Below, piece by piece: positions 9,454-20,207 of a DNA stretch of 64,000 bases; within the stretch, counting starts at the first letter, position 1; each line of letters begins with the position of its first letter. A program made the position numbers and the translations under genes. Under the pieces are notes generated by a model that had not been told where the DNA came from, did not search any database, and saw only the letters and a program-made list of their open reading frames with translations. This stretch comes from Candidatus Binatia bacterium (lineage in GTDB: Bacteria > Desulfobacterota > Binatia > UBA9968 > JAJDTQ01), in the NCBI GenBank assembly GCA_963666515.2, contig OY762897.2:3456001-3520000 (forward strand). Reading direction: 5' to 3'.

Positions 9454-10329
9454 ATGATGGCGGCGCCGCACCCAGACTCCTCGACTCTCGATACCCTGGA
9501 GCCGTGGACCCACGTCCATCGCGTGGTGGCGCGGTCGGGCACGTCGTTCCTCTGGGGCATGAGGGTGCTGCCGGCGGAACGGCGGCGCGCCATGTACGCC
9601 ATCTATGCGTTCTGCCGCGAGGTGGACGACGTCGCCGACGAGCCCGGGGAGACCGCGGCAAAGAAACGGGGGCTGGCGGCGTGGCGGGAAGAGATCGCGC
9701 GGCTCTACGCGGGCGAGCCGGAGTGGCTGACCACGCGGGCGCTTTTGCAGCCGGTGCGCCGCTTCGACCTGCCGCGGGAGGAATTCCTCGCGGTCATCGA
9801 CGGGGTGGAGATCGACGCCGCGCCCACGGTCAGGATGCCGACCCTGGACGACCTGCTCGACTATTGCCGCAAGGTGGCGGGCGCGGTGGGCATGCTGTCC
9901 ATCCACGCCTTCGGCGTGCCCCGGGACCCCGGCTACCGGATCGCCGAGGCCCTCGGCAACGCCGTGCAGCTCACCAACATCCTGCGCGACGTGAAGGAAG
10001 ACGCGGCCATCGAGCGCCTCTACGTCCCCCTGGAGATGATGCGGCGGCACGGCGTGGCGGAGGGTCCCCCGAGCGCGGTCTTCAGCCAGCCGGGGCTTGC
10101 CGCGGCGTGCGCCGAGCTGGCCGATCTCGCGCGGGACCACTACGCCCGGACCGACCGGCTGCTGGTGCAGCTCGGATGGCGCCAGACGCGTCCCATCGTG
10201 CTGATGATGGCGGTCTACCGGGAGACGCTCCGGCGCCTGGAGGAACGGGGCTGGACGCGCCTCGACCGTCCGGTGCGGCTGACACGGGCGGGCAAACTGT
10301 GGGTCGCCCTGCGCTACGGGCTTCTCTGA
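9454..10329 (+). CDS. hpnD: Presqualene diphosphate synthase HpnD
   Basis: SGTSF, YAFCREVDDVAD, QLTNILRDVKED, RLYVP. Confidence 0.92.
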   Translation: MMAAPHPDSSTLDTLEPWTHVHRVVARSGTSFLWGMRVLPAERRRAMYAIYAFCREVDDVADEPGETAAKKRGLAAWREEIARLYAGEPEWLTTRALLQPVRRFDLPREEFLAVIDGVEIDAAPTVRMPTLDDLLDYCRKVAGAVGMLSIHAFGVPRDPGYRIAEALGNAVQLTNILRDVKEDAAIERLYVPLEMMRRHGVAEGPPSAVFSQPGLAAACAELADLARDHYARTDRLLVQLGWRQTRPIVLMMAVYRETLRRLEERGWTRLDRPVRLTRAGKLWVALRYGLL

Positions 10330-10342
10330 CGGCTTTCTCTCC

Positions 10343-11593
10343 GTGCCCCGGACTCACGTCATCGGCGCCGGCGTGGCCGGCCTCTCCACCGCGGTCGCGC
10401 TGGCGCGGGCGGGGCACTCCGTCACCCTCCACGAGGCCAGCGGCCAGGCCGGCGGACGCTGCCGGTCGTACTTCGACGCCAAGCTTGACTGCGCCATCGA
10501 CAACGGCAACCACCTGCTGCTCACCGGCAACGAGTCCACCATGCGCTACCTGGCGGACACCGGCGCCGCCAGCGAGCTGGTGGGACCGGCTTCGGCCTGC
10601 TTCCCGTTCCTCGATCTGCGCACCGGCCGGCGGTGGCGGCTCCGGCCCAACGCCGGCCGGCTGCCGTGGTGGATCCTCGACCCGCGCCGTCGCGTGCCCG
10701 GCACCCGGGTACGGGACTACCTGTCGGGACTCCGTTTCGCCGTGGCCGGCGCGGACCGCACCGTGACCGATTGCGTGGGCGACCGCGGCGAGCTGTTCGA
10801 GAAGTTTTGGGAGCCGCTGGCGGTAGCGGCCCTCAACAGCCCGGTACGGACCGGCGCGGCGCGGCTCCTGTGGCCGGTGCTGCGCGAGACCTTCGGGCGG
10901 GGCGAGGCCGCCTGCCGGCCCCGCATCGCCCGGACGGGCCTCTCGGGAACGTTCGTGGAGCCGGCGTTGGCGCTCCTGCGGCGTTGCGGCTCCGAAATCC
11001 GGTTCGGCGCCCGGTTGCGCCGCATCGCCCATGAGGGCGGCGCGGCCCGCGGTCTCGATTTCGGCGCCGGAACGGTGGCGTTGGAGGACCGCGACAGCGT
11101 GGTGCTGGCGCTGCCGCCGCCGGCCGCGGCGGACCTGGTGCCGGATCTGACCGTGCCGGACGAAAGCCACGCCATCGTCAACGCCCACTTCCGCTTGACC
11201 GAGCCTGCCGGCCTGCCGGAGGAGCTGCCGTTTCTCGGGCTGATCGGCGGCGCCGCCCAGTGGCTGTTCGCGCGCGGCGACGTGGCCTCCATCACCATCA
11301 GCGCGGCCGACGACGTGGTGGACGAGGAGGCCGACGTGATCGCCCGGCGAACCTGGCGCGACGTCGCTGCCGCCCTCGCCCGCGACCCGGACCCGTTGCC
11401 GCCCTACCGCGTCGTCAAGGAAAAACGCGCGACGTTCGCGCAGACCCCCGCGCAGGTGAAGCTCCGCCCCGGCACCCGCACCCGTTTCTCCAACCTGCAC
11501 TTGGCCGGGGACTGGATCGATACGGGGCTGCCCGCCACCATCGAGAGCGCCGTCCGGTCGGGCCACATGGCCGCCCGCGCGATCACCGGATGA
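10343..11593 (+). CDS. hpnE: Hydroxysqualene dehydroxylase HpnE (FAD-dependent)
   Basis: GAGVAG FAD motif, GGRCRS, DNGNHLL, EKRATF, AGDW...[12 protein letters not shown]. Confidence 0.92.
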   Translation: MPRTHVIGAGVAGLSTAVALARAGHSVTLHEASGQAGGRCRSYFDAKLDCAIDNGNHLLLTGNESTMRYLADTGAASELVGPASACFPFLDLRTGRRWRLRPNAGRLPWWILDPRRRVPGTRVRDYLSGLRFAVAGADRTVTDCVGDRGELFEKFWEPLAVAALNSPVRTGAARLLWPVLRETFGRGEAACRPRIARTGLSGTFVEPALALLRRCGSEIRFGARLRRIAHEGGAARGLDFGAGTVALEDRDSVVLALPPPAAADLVPDLTVPDESHAIVNAHFRLTEPAGLPEELPFLGLIGGAAQWLFARGDVASITISAADDVVDEEADVIARRTWRDVAAALARDPDPLPPYRVVKEKRATFAQTPAQVKLRPGTRTRFSNLHLAGDWIDTGLPATIESAVRSGHMAARAITG

Positions 11594-11723
11594 CGCCCTA
11601 CCCGTGTTCCGAGCGGAGGGAGGCCGGTTCACCTCGAAGGGCGCCATCATTGACCCTCGTGTGCCCGTGCTGCATAGTGAAACGTATCGAAGAGCCGGTA
11701 CGGCGGGATCGGAGGGCTTCCCA

Positions 11724-12683
11724 GTGGCAAAGCAACCCCTGCGGGTCATCCTGGCGCAACCGAGAGGTTTCTGCGCCGGCGTGGTCAGGGCGGTGGACAT
11801 CGTCGAGCGCGCGCTCGACATCTACGGCGCACCGGTCTACGTGCGCCACGAGATCGTCCACAACAAGCACGTGGTGGACCGCTTGCGCGAGAAGGGCGCG
11901 CGTTTCGTCGAGAAGGTCTCCGACATCCCCAAGGGCGCGGTGACGGTGTTCAGCGCCCACGGCGTATCGCGGAAGGTGGAGGACGCCGCGGACACCCGCA
12001 GCCTCCAGGTCATCGACGCCACCTGCCCGCTGGTGAGCAAGGTGCACGTCGAGGCGCAACGCTACGCGCGGCAGGACTACGAGGTGGTCCTCATCGGACA
12101 CGCGGGACATCCGGAGGTGGAGGGCACCATGGGGCAGGTGCCGGGCACGGTGCACCTGGTGTCCGATCTGGCGGACGTGGCGGCGCTGAAGCCCGCGGAC
12201 CCGGCGAAGCTGGCCTACGTGACGCAGACGACCCTCAGCGTCGACGACACGCGCGAGATCATCGCCGCGCTGAAGGCGCGTTTCCCCGAGATCCGGGGCC
12301 CCGACGTGAAGGACATCTGCTACGCGACGCAGAACCGGCAGACCGCGGTGCGGCTTCTGGCGGCCGAGTCCGACGTGATCCTGGTCATCGGCGCCGACTA
12401 CAGCTCCAACTCCAACCGGCTGCGGGAGATCGGCGACGAGGTGGGGACCGCCAGCCACCTCATACCGGATGCCGGCAGCCTGGACCCTGCCTGGCTGGAA
12501 GGGACGCATACGGTGGGCATCACCGCCGGCGCGTCCGCGCCCGAAGATCTGGTGCAAGGGCTCGTGGACCGGCTCTGCGACATGTTCGACGTCACCCTGA
12601 CCGACCTCGACGGCATCGAGGAGAACGTCACCTTCAAGCTCCCGCGGGAACTCGTCGGCGTCGACCCCGCTATTCCCCGTTAG
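11724..12683 (+). CDS. ispH: 4-hydroxy-3-methylbut-2-enyl diphosphate reductase
   Basis: [38 protein letters not shown]; GTG start with GGAGG RBS. Confidence 0.95.
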   Translation: MAKQPLRVILAQPRGFCAGVVRAVDIVERALDIYGAPVYVRHEIVHNKHVVDRLREKGARFVEKVSDIPKGAVTVFSAHGVSRKVEDAADTRSLQVIDATCPLVSKVHVEAQRYARQDYEVVLIGHAGHPEVEGTMGQVPGTVHLVSDLADVAALKPADPAKLAYVTQTTLSVDDTREIIAALKARFPEIRGPDVKDICYATQNRQTAVRLLAAESDVILVIGADYSSNSNRLREIGDEVGTASHLIPDAGSLDPAWLEGTHTVGITAGASAPEDLVQGLVDRLCDMFDVTLTDLDGIEENVTFKLPRELVGVDPAIPR

Positions 12684-13933
12684 AAGTTGTAGCTCAGGTG
12701 CAGCTCGACGAAGCTGTCGCGCCGAGTCTGGTAGGTGGCGACGTCCGCCCTGTCCACCGCCAGGAAGAATACGCTCTCGACGTGCAGCGACCAATGGTCG
12801 GAGAGGCGGCGGTTGAACTCGACGAACAGCGAACGCGTGGAATGGTCGGCGTCGGCCAGAAAGCTGGCGACGAGATCGGTGCTCTGGACGTCGTTGAACG
12901 CCAGGCGCGCGCCCAGGAAGATGTCGTTCTGGAAGACGTTGGTGGCGTTCTCCTTCCGCCCGTCGTAGTTCCACTCGGCGAGAAGGCTGAGGTCAAGGTC
13001 CGACTCGAAGATGGAGTTGAACGTGTACTCTCCGCCGGCGACGAAGGCCGCGTAGTCTTCTTCCCGCCCGACCTGGTTCGAGGCGCCGCTTCGGTGCAGG
13101 GCCTCGAGCTTCAACAGCCAGGACCCGATGGTGAGCTGGGCGTCCAGACTGAACTGGCGGGTCTGCTCGTAGTAGGGCGCCAGCAGCAGCTCGCCCTTCC
13201 GGTTCAGCCGAGGCGGCAGGCAGGCAAGGCAGGGCTCCCGGCTGGTGCCGTCGAAGACGCTCACGCCCAAGTCGAGGGGACCGAAGCTGTGGCTGTAACG
13301 AGCGGCCAGGTCCACGTGCCACTCTTCGGCCGAACTCTCGTAGAAGACGCGCTTTTCGTCCACCACGAATTGGCTGCGCAGGCGGCCTTCCCGGCCCGGG
13401 TAGGTGCGTTCCCGGTGATACGGAAGCGCGAAAAGTTCTGCCACCCCCCAGTCGCCGGACCAAGTCAGATGGGCCATGAGCTGGCCGAGCTTGGCTTCTT
13501 CGTTGGGATTCTCGATAAGGTCGGTCTGGTTGACGATATCCACCAGGTGGCGTGATTCCGCAACCCCCCAGAACACCCGGTCCGCACCGAGGCGCAACTC
13601 CCACTCGCCGTCGCCGATCTCGCCGAACACCAGGAAATAGGCTTCGCGCACGTCGAAATGGGTGCGGCGGGAGTCGCCGGCGTCGTAGCGGAAGAAGGGC
13701 GCGAGGGTGACGCTTCTGCCCTCGTCGTCCTCGGCGTAGAGCCTGGGCTCCACCACGACGCCGGAGGCGTGGGACTTCTGGCCGGGGTGGTCTTCGTCCT
13801 GGTAGTGCCACCGGCTCTCCAGGCCCACCCGTCCCGACACCTCGATCGCCGAGGCTCCTCCGGCGGCAAGGACCCAAGCCAGGACCAGGATCGTCCCGGC
13901 CGCGGTGATGAGGAGGAAGGGGCGCGTCATCAC
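12680..13933 (-). CDS. Putative outer-membrane beta-barrel protein of an MMPL/LolA-like transport module
   Basis: Signal peptide, amphipathic beta strands, FWGVAES motif, C-terminal LSYNF; coupled to the LolA-like gene. Confidence 0.75.
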   Translation of the reverse strand: MMTRPFLLITAAGTILVLAWVLAAGGASAIEVSGRVGLESRWHYQDEDHPGQKSHASGVVVEPRLYAEDDEGRSVTLAPFFRYDAGDSRRTHFDVREAYFLVFGEIGDGEWELRLGADRVFWGVAESRHLVDIVNQTDLIENPNEEAKLGQLMAHLTWSGDWGVAELFALPYHRERTYPGREGRLRSQFVVDEKRVFYESSAEEWHVDLAARYSHSFGPLDLGVSVFDGTSREPCLACLPPRLNRKGELLLAPYYEQTRQFSLDAQLTIGSWLLKLEALHRSGASNQVGREEDYAAFVAGGEYTFNSIFESDLDLSLLAEWNYDGRKENATNVFQNDIFLGARLAFNDVQSTDLVASFLADADHSTRSLFVEFNRRLSDHWSLHVESVFFLAVDRADVATYQTRRDSFVELHLSYNF

Positions 13934-14742
13934 CGTGCCCGTTTCAGGCCGGTCCGGGTGAAGTCCCTCTCATTGAGCTTGGTCCGGTACTTGAAATCCG
14001 TCCACGTCATCACCGTGCTCTTGCCCGTCAGGTGATTGACCATGGTCATCTCGTGCGCCTGCCAGTAGCGGTCCAGGTACTTCCGGTACTTGGCCATCGT
14101 CAGGGTCTTCAGGTGGGCATTCTTCCGGTCGAAGTAGTGGACCTTGCGGACCCGCAGCTCGTCCTTGTCCTGCCACACCACCTGGCGGCGATAACCCGAC
14201 CTCTTGGCGACCGGGAAGCGTTCCACGACCGTGCAGGTGGCGTCGCCGCAAGGCTCGTCGCGCAGGTACTTGTAGGTGAACCTTTCCACTTCCGAGCTGC
14301 CCATGTCCTCGTACGAGAACTCGCTGCCCATGAAGGAGCCGGAGCGATTCGACGAGCTGATGCGCTTGACCCGCTTGAGCGCCGGCAAGTAGAGCCACTG
14401 GTCGTCCGATTTCTCCTTGTGGGCGTGGACGAGGAAGGCCGTCCCCTTCACGTCCCGCGGCTCGTCGAACACGAACAGGCTCTTGTCGCCGTCTCCGGGC
14501 GCCTCCAGGACCTTGATGCGGGCTTGGCGCTTGCTCTCCTGCCCATGCTTGTTGCGCAGCACCATGGTCTGCTGCGCGGTGAAGTTGCCGAAACCCTTGC
14601 CCCTCTCGCGGGTTTCACGCGCGATCTTCAACCCCTTTTCCTCCGCGGTTTCAGCGTGCGCCGCCGGCGGCCCGCCCGCGGAAGCGAGCAGCGCCAGGCA
14701 GGAGAAGAGCAGCACCCATCGAACAGGCAGAACGTGCATCAC
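13930..14742 (-). CDS. Outer-membrane lipoprotein-sorting (LolA-like/DUF1329) periplasmic protein
   Basis: Signal peptide; family signature DDQWLYLPALKRVKRI...SFMGSEFSYED. Confidence 0.88.
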   Translation of the reverse strand: MMHVLPVRWVLLFSCLALLASAGGPPAAHAETAEEKGLKIARETRERGKGFGNFTAQQTMVLRNKHGQESKRQARIKVLEAPGDGDKSLFVFDEPRDVKGTAFLVHAHKEKSDDQWLYLPALKRVKRISSSNRSGSFMGSEFSYEDMGSSEVERFTYKYLRDEPCGDATCTVVERFPVAKRSGYRRQVVWQDKDELRVRKVHYFDRKNAHLKTLTMAKYRKYLDRYWQAHEMTMVNHLTGKSTVMTWTDFKYRTKLNERDFTRTGLKRAR

Positions 14743-17030
14743 GATTCCCTCCGGTCAAGGGCCATCAACAGAGTCGGTAAAAGCAGAAAATCACCCGCGA
14801 GCGCAAACAGAATGGTGCTGGTCACCATGAGCCCGAGGGCCCAGCTCACCTCGAACCCCGATGACGCGAAGACCAGAAACCCCGCGGACAACACCGCGGT
14901 GGTGACCCAAAGCGCGTGGCCGACGGTGCGGAAGACGGAGCGCACCGCCTCGGCGGCCGGGAGGCCCTCCCGGCGGGCCCTCAGGTACTTGCTGAGGAAG
15001 TGGATCGTGTCGTCCACCACGATGCCGAAGGAGATGGCGACCATCACCGAGGCCGCGAGCCCCACCTGGCCCACGAGCCAGCCCCACAGGCCGAAGGTCA
15101 TGATCGCGGGAAGGAAGTTGGGCACGAGGCTGATGAGGCCCAGGCGCACGCTCCGGAAGACCCCGATGAGAATGAACGAGATCAGCGCCATGGCGACGAT
15201 GGTGCCGCGCAGCATGCTCTCGATGTTGCGCTTGGACAGGTGGGCGAAGACCACGGTCAGGCCCGTCCCCTCGGTGGCGAGCTGCGGCGCGTTGGCCCGG
15301 AGCCAGGCCTGCCCGCGCGCGTCGATCTCCCGGTGTTCGCGAGCCGACGAGCTGGTGACCACGACGGTCATGCGCGTGGCGGACTTGCCCACGTCGATGC
15401 GGTCGTTCAGGTCGCTTCCGAACGGCAGCGAAAGCTCGTACAGCAGCAGGTACTGGGCGGCGAGCTCGGGATCGTCCGGCAGCCGGTAGAACGCCGGGTC
15501 GTCGTCGTGCATGTTCTTGTTCAGGCGCTTCATGATGTCCGGGAACGCCTGGACGTGGCTCACCTCGGGCTGGCTCCGGAACCATTCGGCGAAGGCGTCC
15601 ACCGCACGCAGGTAGGCCGGATCGGTGATGCCGCCTTCCCGTTCCGCCTTGAGCGAGTATTCCAGCGTGTTCAGGCTGGTGAGATTCTCGACCACGAAGT
15701 CCGTGTGGCGCCGGAACTCGTAGCGGTCGTCGAAGTACTTGGTCCAGTTGTCGGTCAGCTCGATGCGGGGGACGCCGGTGGCCAGGGCCAGCGTCACGAC
15801 GGCGACGGACCCCAGCAGCACCCTGCGGCGCGCCACCACGAAGCCGCCCAGGCGGTCGAAGAACGGGTGGCCTTCAGCGCGGGCGCGAGGCGCGCGCAAG
15901 GGCAGCAGCGAGAGCACCGCCGGCAGCAGCGTCAGGGTATAGAGGAAGGCGCAGCCCACACCGAAGGCCACGAAATTGCCCAGCACGTGGAACGGCGGCG
16001 AGTCCGAGGAATTGAGGCTGAGAAAACCGATGGCGGTGGTGGCCGCGGTCAGGAACACCGGCCAGGCGTTGGCGCGAAGGGATTCGGCGACGGCCTCGTT
16101 CCGGTCGGCGCCGCGGCTCATGGCCAGCAAGGCGGTGGCGACCACATGGACCGAGTTCGCCACGGATATGGCCATGACGATGATCGGCACGCCGGAATTC
16201 GCCGGGTTGAACACCGCTCCCATCCAGCCCGCGAGCCCCATGGTGCTGTTGACCGAGAACACCATGACGAGAACGATGGACACGGTGCCCCAGACCGAGC
16301 GCAGGAGAAACGCCGAGGCGGCCACGATGACCAGGAACACCACCGGGACCAGGGTGGCGAGATCGTCTTCCGTGGCCTCGGCGAAGGCGCGGTTCATGAC
16401 CACCAGGCCGGTCAGGTAGTAGTCGATGCCCGGATGCTTTGCCCGGGCCTTGTCCAGCAGGGTGCGGAGATAACCGGTAATCTCGATCACCGCGGGGTCG
16501 GAGTCTTCCGGAAGCACGAAGGTGATGACCAGTCCAGCCACCCGGCCGTCGCGGGAGACCAGGCGGCCGGCGGTCTCTGGAGAGCCCAGCGCGATGTTCC
16601 TGACCCGCGCCACTCCGGCGTCGTCCAGCGCCTGCGCGTCCTCCACCAGCGGCTCGACGATCAGGTCGTCGCCGTCCGCCTCGCTGTGGGTATAGTTGGT
16701 GAGGGAGTCGACCCGGGTGGAATGCGGCGCTTCCCACGCCGCCGCGGTGAGTTCCTCGACGGCGCCCAGGTTCTCGCGCGTGAACACCGTGCCCTGCCGC
16801 GGCGCGACCGCGATCAGCGCCGAGTTGGATGCGGAGTAGGTGGCTTCCAGGGCGTCGAACGCCGCGAGCTGCGGATTGCCTTCGCCGAAGAGAACCCGGT
16901 GCTCGTTCTTGACCACGACGTGGGGCGCACCCGCGGCCAAGGCCAGCATGACCAGGGTCGCGAGCCCGGCCACCAGCCACCGGTGACGCAGGACGGCGGC
17001 GATGTACGTGTCCAGTGAGAGAGAATTCAT
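14739..17030 (-). CDS. MMPL/RND-family lipid transporter
   Basis: Two repeats of TM + periplasmic domain + 5 TM; TTAIGFLSL and GIVVDDTIHF motifs. Confidence 0.9.
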   Translation of the reverse strand: MNSLSLDTYIAAVLRHRWLVAGLATLVMLALAAGAPHVVVKNEHRVLFGEGNPQLAAFDALEATYSASNSALIAVAPRQGTVFTRENLGAVEELTAAAWEAPHSTRVDSLTNYTHSEADGDDLIVEPLVEDAQALDDAGVARVRNIALGSPETAGRLVSRDGRVAGLVITFVLPEDSDPAVIEITGYLRTLLDKARAKHPGIDYYLTGLVVMNRAFAEATEDDLATLVPVVFLVIVAASAFLLRSVWGTVSIVLVMVFSVNSTMGLAGWMGAVFNPANSGVPIIVMAISVANSVHVVATALLAMSRGADRNEAVAESLRANAWPVFLTAATTAIGFLSLNSSDSPPFHVLGNFVAFGVGCAFLYTLTLLPAVLSLLPLRAPRARAEGHPFFDRLGGFVVARRRVLLGSVAVVTLALATGVPRIELTDNWTKYFDDRYEFRRHTDFVVENLTSLNTLEYSLKAEREGGITDPAYLRAVDAFAEWFRSQPEVSHVQAFPDIMKRLNKNMHDDDPAFYRLPDDPELAAQYLLLYELSLPFGSDLNDRIDVGKSATRMTVVVTSSSAREHREIDARGQAWLRANAPQLATEGTGLTVVFAHLSKRNIESMLRGTIVAMALISFILIGVFRSVRLGLISLVPNFLPAIMTFGLWGWLVGQVGLAASVMVAISFGIVVDDTIHFLSKYLRARREGLPAAEAVRSVFRTVGHALWVTTAVLSAGFLVFASSGFEVSWALGLMVTSTILFALAGDFLLLPTLLMALDRRES

Positions 17031-17075
17031 GGGTTTGGGAACGCTACCGGACGGGCGCTGCGGCTACAAGCACCG

Positions 17076-18230
17076 TCACCATTCGCTTTGCTTCGATGAG
17101 TGGACGTGGTCGGGCATCTTGTAGCTCAGGCCGCCCTCGTCGTACACCGAGATCTTGATCATCTGAGTGAAGTTTCCCGATCGTATGAGCTGGTCGCTCG
17201 TCAGCATCCGCTGAAGGCGTTGTTTCATCCGGAACAGGAACAGCGTCCCGATGGTGTTGGTCTTAGGGTACCGGAAGTGGTTGGCCAGTTTGTTGCCTAT
17301 GAGGGCGCGCGAAAGGCGCCGGGCCAGGGCCGTCACTCTCTTCTGCTCGTCCGGATCCTGGATATCCGCAACCTTCGGAATCGAGTCGATCAGCATGTTC
17401 GCCACGGCTGCGGCGTCCGCGTCCGGTTCGGGCTCGATCAGTCTGCCGATCCGGTACATTCTTTCCGCCGCGGGGCCGTCGGCATAGAGGATGGCGTCAG
17501 GTATTCCCATGAGATGGCCGGCATAACGCCAGACGGCCAGGACGCTGTCATACTCTTTCTTGCTGAACTTCGCGCCCAACAACGTCGCGTATTCGAGCAG
17601 AAGCCTGGAGAAAACGGAGATGGCGAAACCCAGGTGCGCGGCGCTTACCGGCGTGCCCCAGGCCTCATGGTCCCAGTCGTCGGATTTCGCCAGCAGGTTC
17701 CTGATCCGGGCGTGGACGAAGCGCACCCGGGTGGACAGCTTCCAGCCGTCGCCGTCGCGGTTGAGGCCGCCCGGGAAGAAGATGTCCAGGAGCTGGCGGT
17801 TGTTCTGCTGGAGGCGTCGTTCGGTCGCGCCCACCCGGCCGGTGATGTAGAAGGACTTCGAGATGAGCGTGGCAAAGCCTTCCACCAGCACGCCGGTGAC
17901 GAATGCCGCCAGCATGAGGTCCACGTTGGCGTGGAAGGCGCGTATCCCCGGACGAAAGGCGTCGTGGTCGAGCCAGGGGGGATCCTCGAGGTTCTCGAAG
18001 AAGTCGCGCAGGACTTGGGGCGCGTCCCGCAGAACTTCGTCGTGGTGCTCGATGCCGGCGCCCACGAAACGATGAAGGTGTGCCGGATTCAGCGAGGAGA
18101 GCTCCTCCATCACCGGGTCGAGCGCGGGGTCGCCGATGAGGGTGTGGCGGAGATAGTTGTCAGCCAGCGCTTGGTCGTACTGGCGGGCCTTGGCGTAGCC
18201 CGCGGTGTAGGCGGTCGGCGTCCGGTCCAT
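17076..18230 (-). CDS. MpaB/Lcp-type (DUF2236, rubber-oxygenase-like) heme oxygenase
   Basis: GDPALD, PPWLD, RVRFVHARIR (heme-ligand His motif), WGTPVS, VWRYAGHLMGI. Confidence 0.85.
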   Translation of the reverse strand: MDRTPTAYTAGYAKARQYDQALADNYLRHTLIGDPALDPVMEELSSLNPAHLHRFVGAGIEHHDEVLRDAPQVLRDFFENLEDPPWLDHDAFRPGIRAFHANVDLMLAAFVTGVLVEGFATLISKSFYITGRVGATERRLQQNNRQLLDIFFPGGLNRDGDGWKLSTRVRFVHARIRNLLAKSDDWDHEAWGTPVSAAHLGFAISVFSRLLLEYATLLGAKFSKKEYDSVLAVWRYAGHLMGIPDAILYADGPAAERMYRIGRLIEPEPDADAAAVANMLIDSIPKVADIQDPDEQKRVTALARRLSRALIGNKLANHFRYPKTNTIGTLFLFRMKQRLQRMLTSDQLIRSGNFTQMIKISVYDEGGLSYKMPDHVHSSKQSEW

Positions 18231-18247
18231 GGTTGCGCCCGTAAACG

Positions 18248-20143
18248 TCAGGCTACGTCCGCGTGGCCGGCGACGTGAGCGACCAGCTCTTTGGCTCGTT
18301 GATGGATCCCGTCCGCGGTCAAACCGTACTTCTCCCTGAGCAGATCCTGGGGACCCTGTTCGATGTACCAGTCGGGCAAGCCCAGACACCTGGTCGGCAG
18401 GTTGATGATACCCTTTTCGGACAATAGTTCAAGAACCGCAGATCCGAACCCGCCCATGGCGGTCGATTCCTCCACCGTGAGAAGGCACTTGACCTCCTTC
18501 GCCACCGCTGCGATCAGGTCGCCGTCAAGGGGCTTGACGAACCGCGCGTTGATCACCGCGGCGGAAATCCCCTCCTGTGCGAGCCGTTCCGCGGCGGCCG
18601 CGGCCTGGTGCACCGTCACGCCGATGGCCACCAGCGCGATGTCCGTGCCTTCCCGCAGCAGCTCGCCTTTGCCCAGGGGCAGCGCCTGCGGCATCGGGTC
18701 CATGTCCACCCCGAGGCTGGAGCCACGGGGATAGCGGACCGCCGCCGGCCGGTCGTAGCTGATGCACGACTTGACCATGTGCTGCAGCTCGTTCTCGTCC
18801 TTGGGGGCCATGACCACCATGTTGGGCACGTGCCGGAGGTAGGCCAGATCGAACGCCCCGTGGTGGGTGGTGCCGTCCTCGGCCACGAGCCCGCCGCGGT
18901 CGATGCAGAGCGTCACCGGAAGGTTCTGGGTGGCGACGTCGTGGACCACCTGGTCATAGGCCCGCTGCAGGAAGGTCGAGTAGATGGGGATCACCGGCCT
19001 CATGCCCTGTGCCGCCAGGCCCGCGGCGAAGGTCACCGCGTGCTGCTCGGCGATGCCGACGTCGTAGAGCCGGTCGGGAAAGATCTTCTCGAACGCGCCC
19101 AGTCCCGTCCCCTCGGACATGGCGGCGGTGATGGCGACGATGCGCGGGTCTTCCTTGGCAAGCTGGATGAGCGTGTTGACGGCGATGGCGCTGTAGGATG
19201 GCGTGGTGGACTTCTTTTTCGGCCTCCCGGTTTCGCGGTCGAACGGCGAGCTGGCATGGAACCACACGGGGTTGTCCATGGCCGGCCCGTAGCCCAGCCC
19301 CTTCTTGGTAACCACGTGCAGCAGCGTCGGACCTTCGAGCTTCAGGACGTTCTCCAGGGTCGGCAGCAGGTGCTCGAACTTGTGCCCGTCGATGGGTCCG
19401 AAGTACCGGAACCCCAGCTCCTCGAACAACAGCCCGGGCAGCAGCAGCCCCTTGACCAGCTCCTGGGCCCGGCCGGCCAGCCGCTGCACCTGGTCGCCGA
19501 TGTGCGGCATCCGGCCCAGCACCCGTTTCGTCTCTTCCGTGATGCGGTCGAAGAACTCGCCGGTGATGGTGCGGTTCAGATACGCCGAGATCGACCCCAC
19601 GTTCTTGGAGATGGACATCTGGTTGTCGTTCAGGATCACCAGCAGGTCTCTTTTCGATCCCCCCGCCTGCTGAAGCCCTTCCATGGTCAGGCCGGAGGTG
19701 AGGGCGCCGTCGCCGACCACGCAGACGACTTGGTGTTTCTGCTGCCGCTGCTCGCGGGCCTCCACGAATCCCACCGCAGCCGAGACGCCGGTGCCGGCGT
19801 GGCCGGCGTTGAAGGTGTCGTACTCGCTCTCCTCGCGCTTGCAGAAGCCGCTCAGCCCCTCGAACTGGCGGATGGTGTGAAACTGTTCCCGGCGCCCGGT
19901 CAAGAGCTTGTGGGCGTATGCCTGGTTGCTGGTGTCCCAGACGATGAGGTCCCTGGGCGTGTCCAGGAGGTAGTGGAGGGCGACGGTAAGCTCGACGACG
20001 CCCAGGTTGGAGGCGAGGTGCCCGCCGACATTGGATATGACCGAGATGATCTCTTCGCGAATCTCCTCGCAGAGCTGCGGAAACTGCTCCGGAGAGAGCT
20101 TCTTGAGATCGGCCGGCCGGCTGATCATGCTCAGAATCGACAT
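18248..20143 (-). CDS. dxs: 1-deoxy-D-xylulose-5-phosphate synthase
   Basis: GGHLASNLGVVELT, GDGA...LNDN ThDP motif, DVGIAEQHAV, DGTTHHG, RYPRG. Confidence 0.95.
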   Translation of the reverse strand: MSILSMISRPADLKKLSPEQFPQLCEEIREEIISVISNVGGHLASNLGVVELTVALHYLLDTPRDLIVWDTSNQAYAHKLLTGRREQFHTIRQFEGLSGFCKREESEYDTFNAGHAGTGVSAAVGFVEAREQRQQKHQVVCVVGDGALTSGLTMEGLQQAGGSKRDLLVILNDNQMSISKNVGSISAYLNRTITGEFFDRITEETKRVLGRMPHIGDQVQRLAGRAQELVKGLLLPGLLFEELGFRYFGPIDGHKFEHLLPTLENVLKLEGPTLLHVVTKKGLGYGPAMDNPVWFHASSPFDRETGRPKKKSTTPSYSAIAVNTLIQLAKEDPRIVAITAAMSEGTGLGAFEKIFPDRLYDVGIAEQHAVTFAAGLAAQGMRPVIPIYSTFLQRAYDQVVHDVATQNLPVTLCIDRGGLVAEDGTTHHGAFDLAYLRHVPNMVVMAPKDENELQHMVKSCISYDRPAAVRYPRGSSLGVDMDPMPQALPLGKGELLREGTDIALVAIGVTVHQAAAAAERLAQEGISAAVINARFVKPLDGDLIAAVAKEVKCLLTVEESTAMGGFGSAVLELLSEKGIINLPTRCLGLPDWYIEQGPQDLLREKYGLTADGIHQRAKELVAHVAGHADVA

Positions 20144-20177
20144 GATTCATCCTTCCATCGAGACGGACATGGGTATC

Positions 20178-20205
20178 TCATGATCACAAGATCATGATCA
20201 CAAGA
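20178..20205. repeat. Perfect 14-bp tandem repeat (tcatgatcacaaga x2), candidate operator
   Basis: Seen directly between the predicted dxs promoter and the dxs start. Confidence 0.8.
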
Positions 20206-20207
20206 AA

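Noticed and set aside
8502-11593. Carotenoid (crtB/crtI) or complete hopanoid cluster
   Set aside because: The motifs and three-gene order fit hpnCDE; no desaturase or squalene-hopene cyclase is in the window, though one could lie elsewhere.
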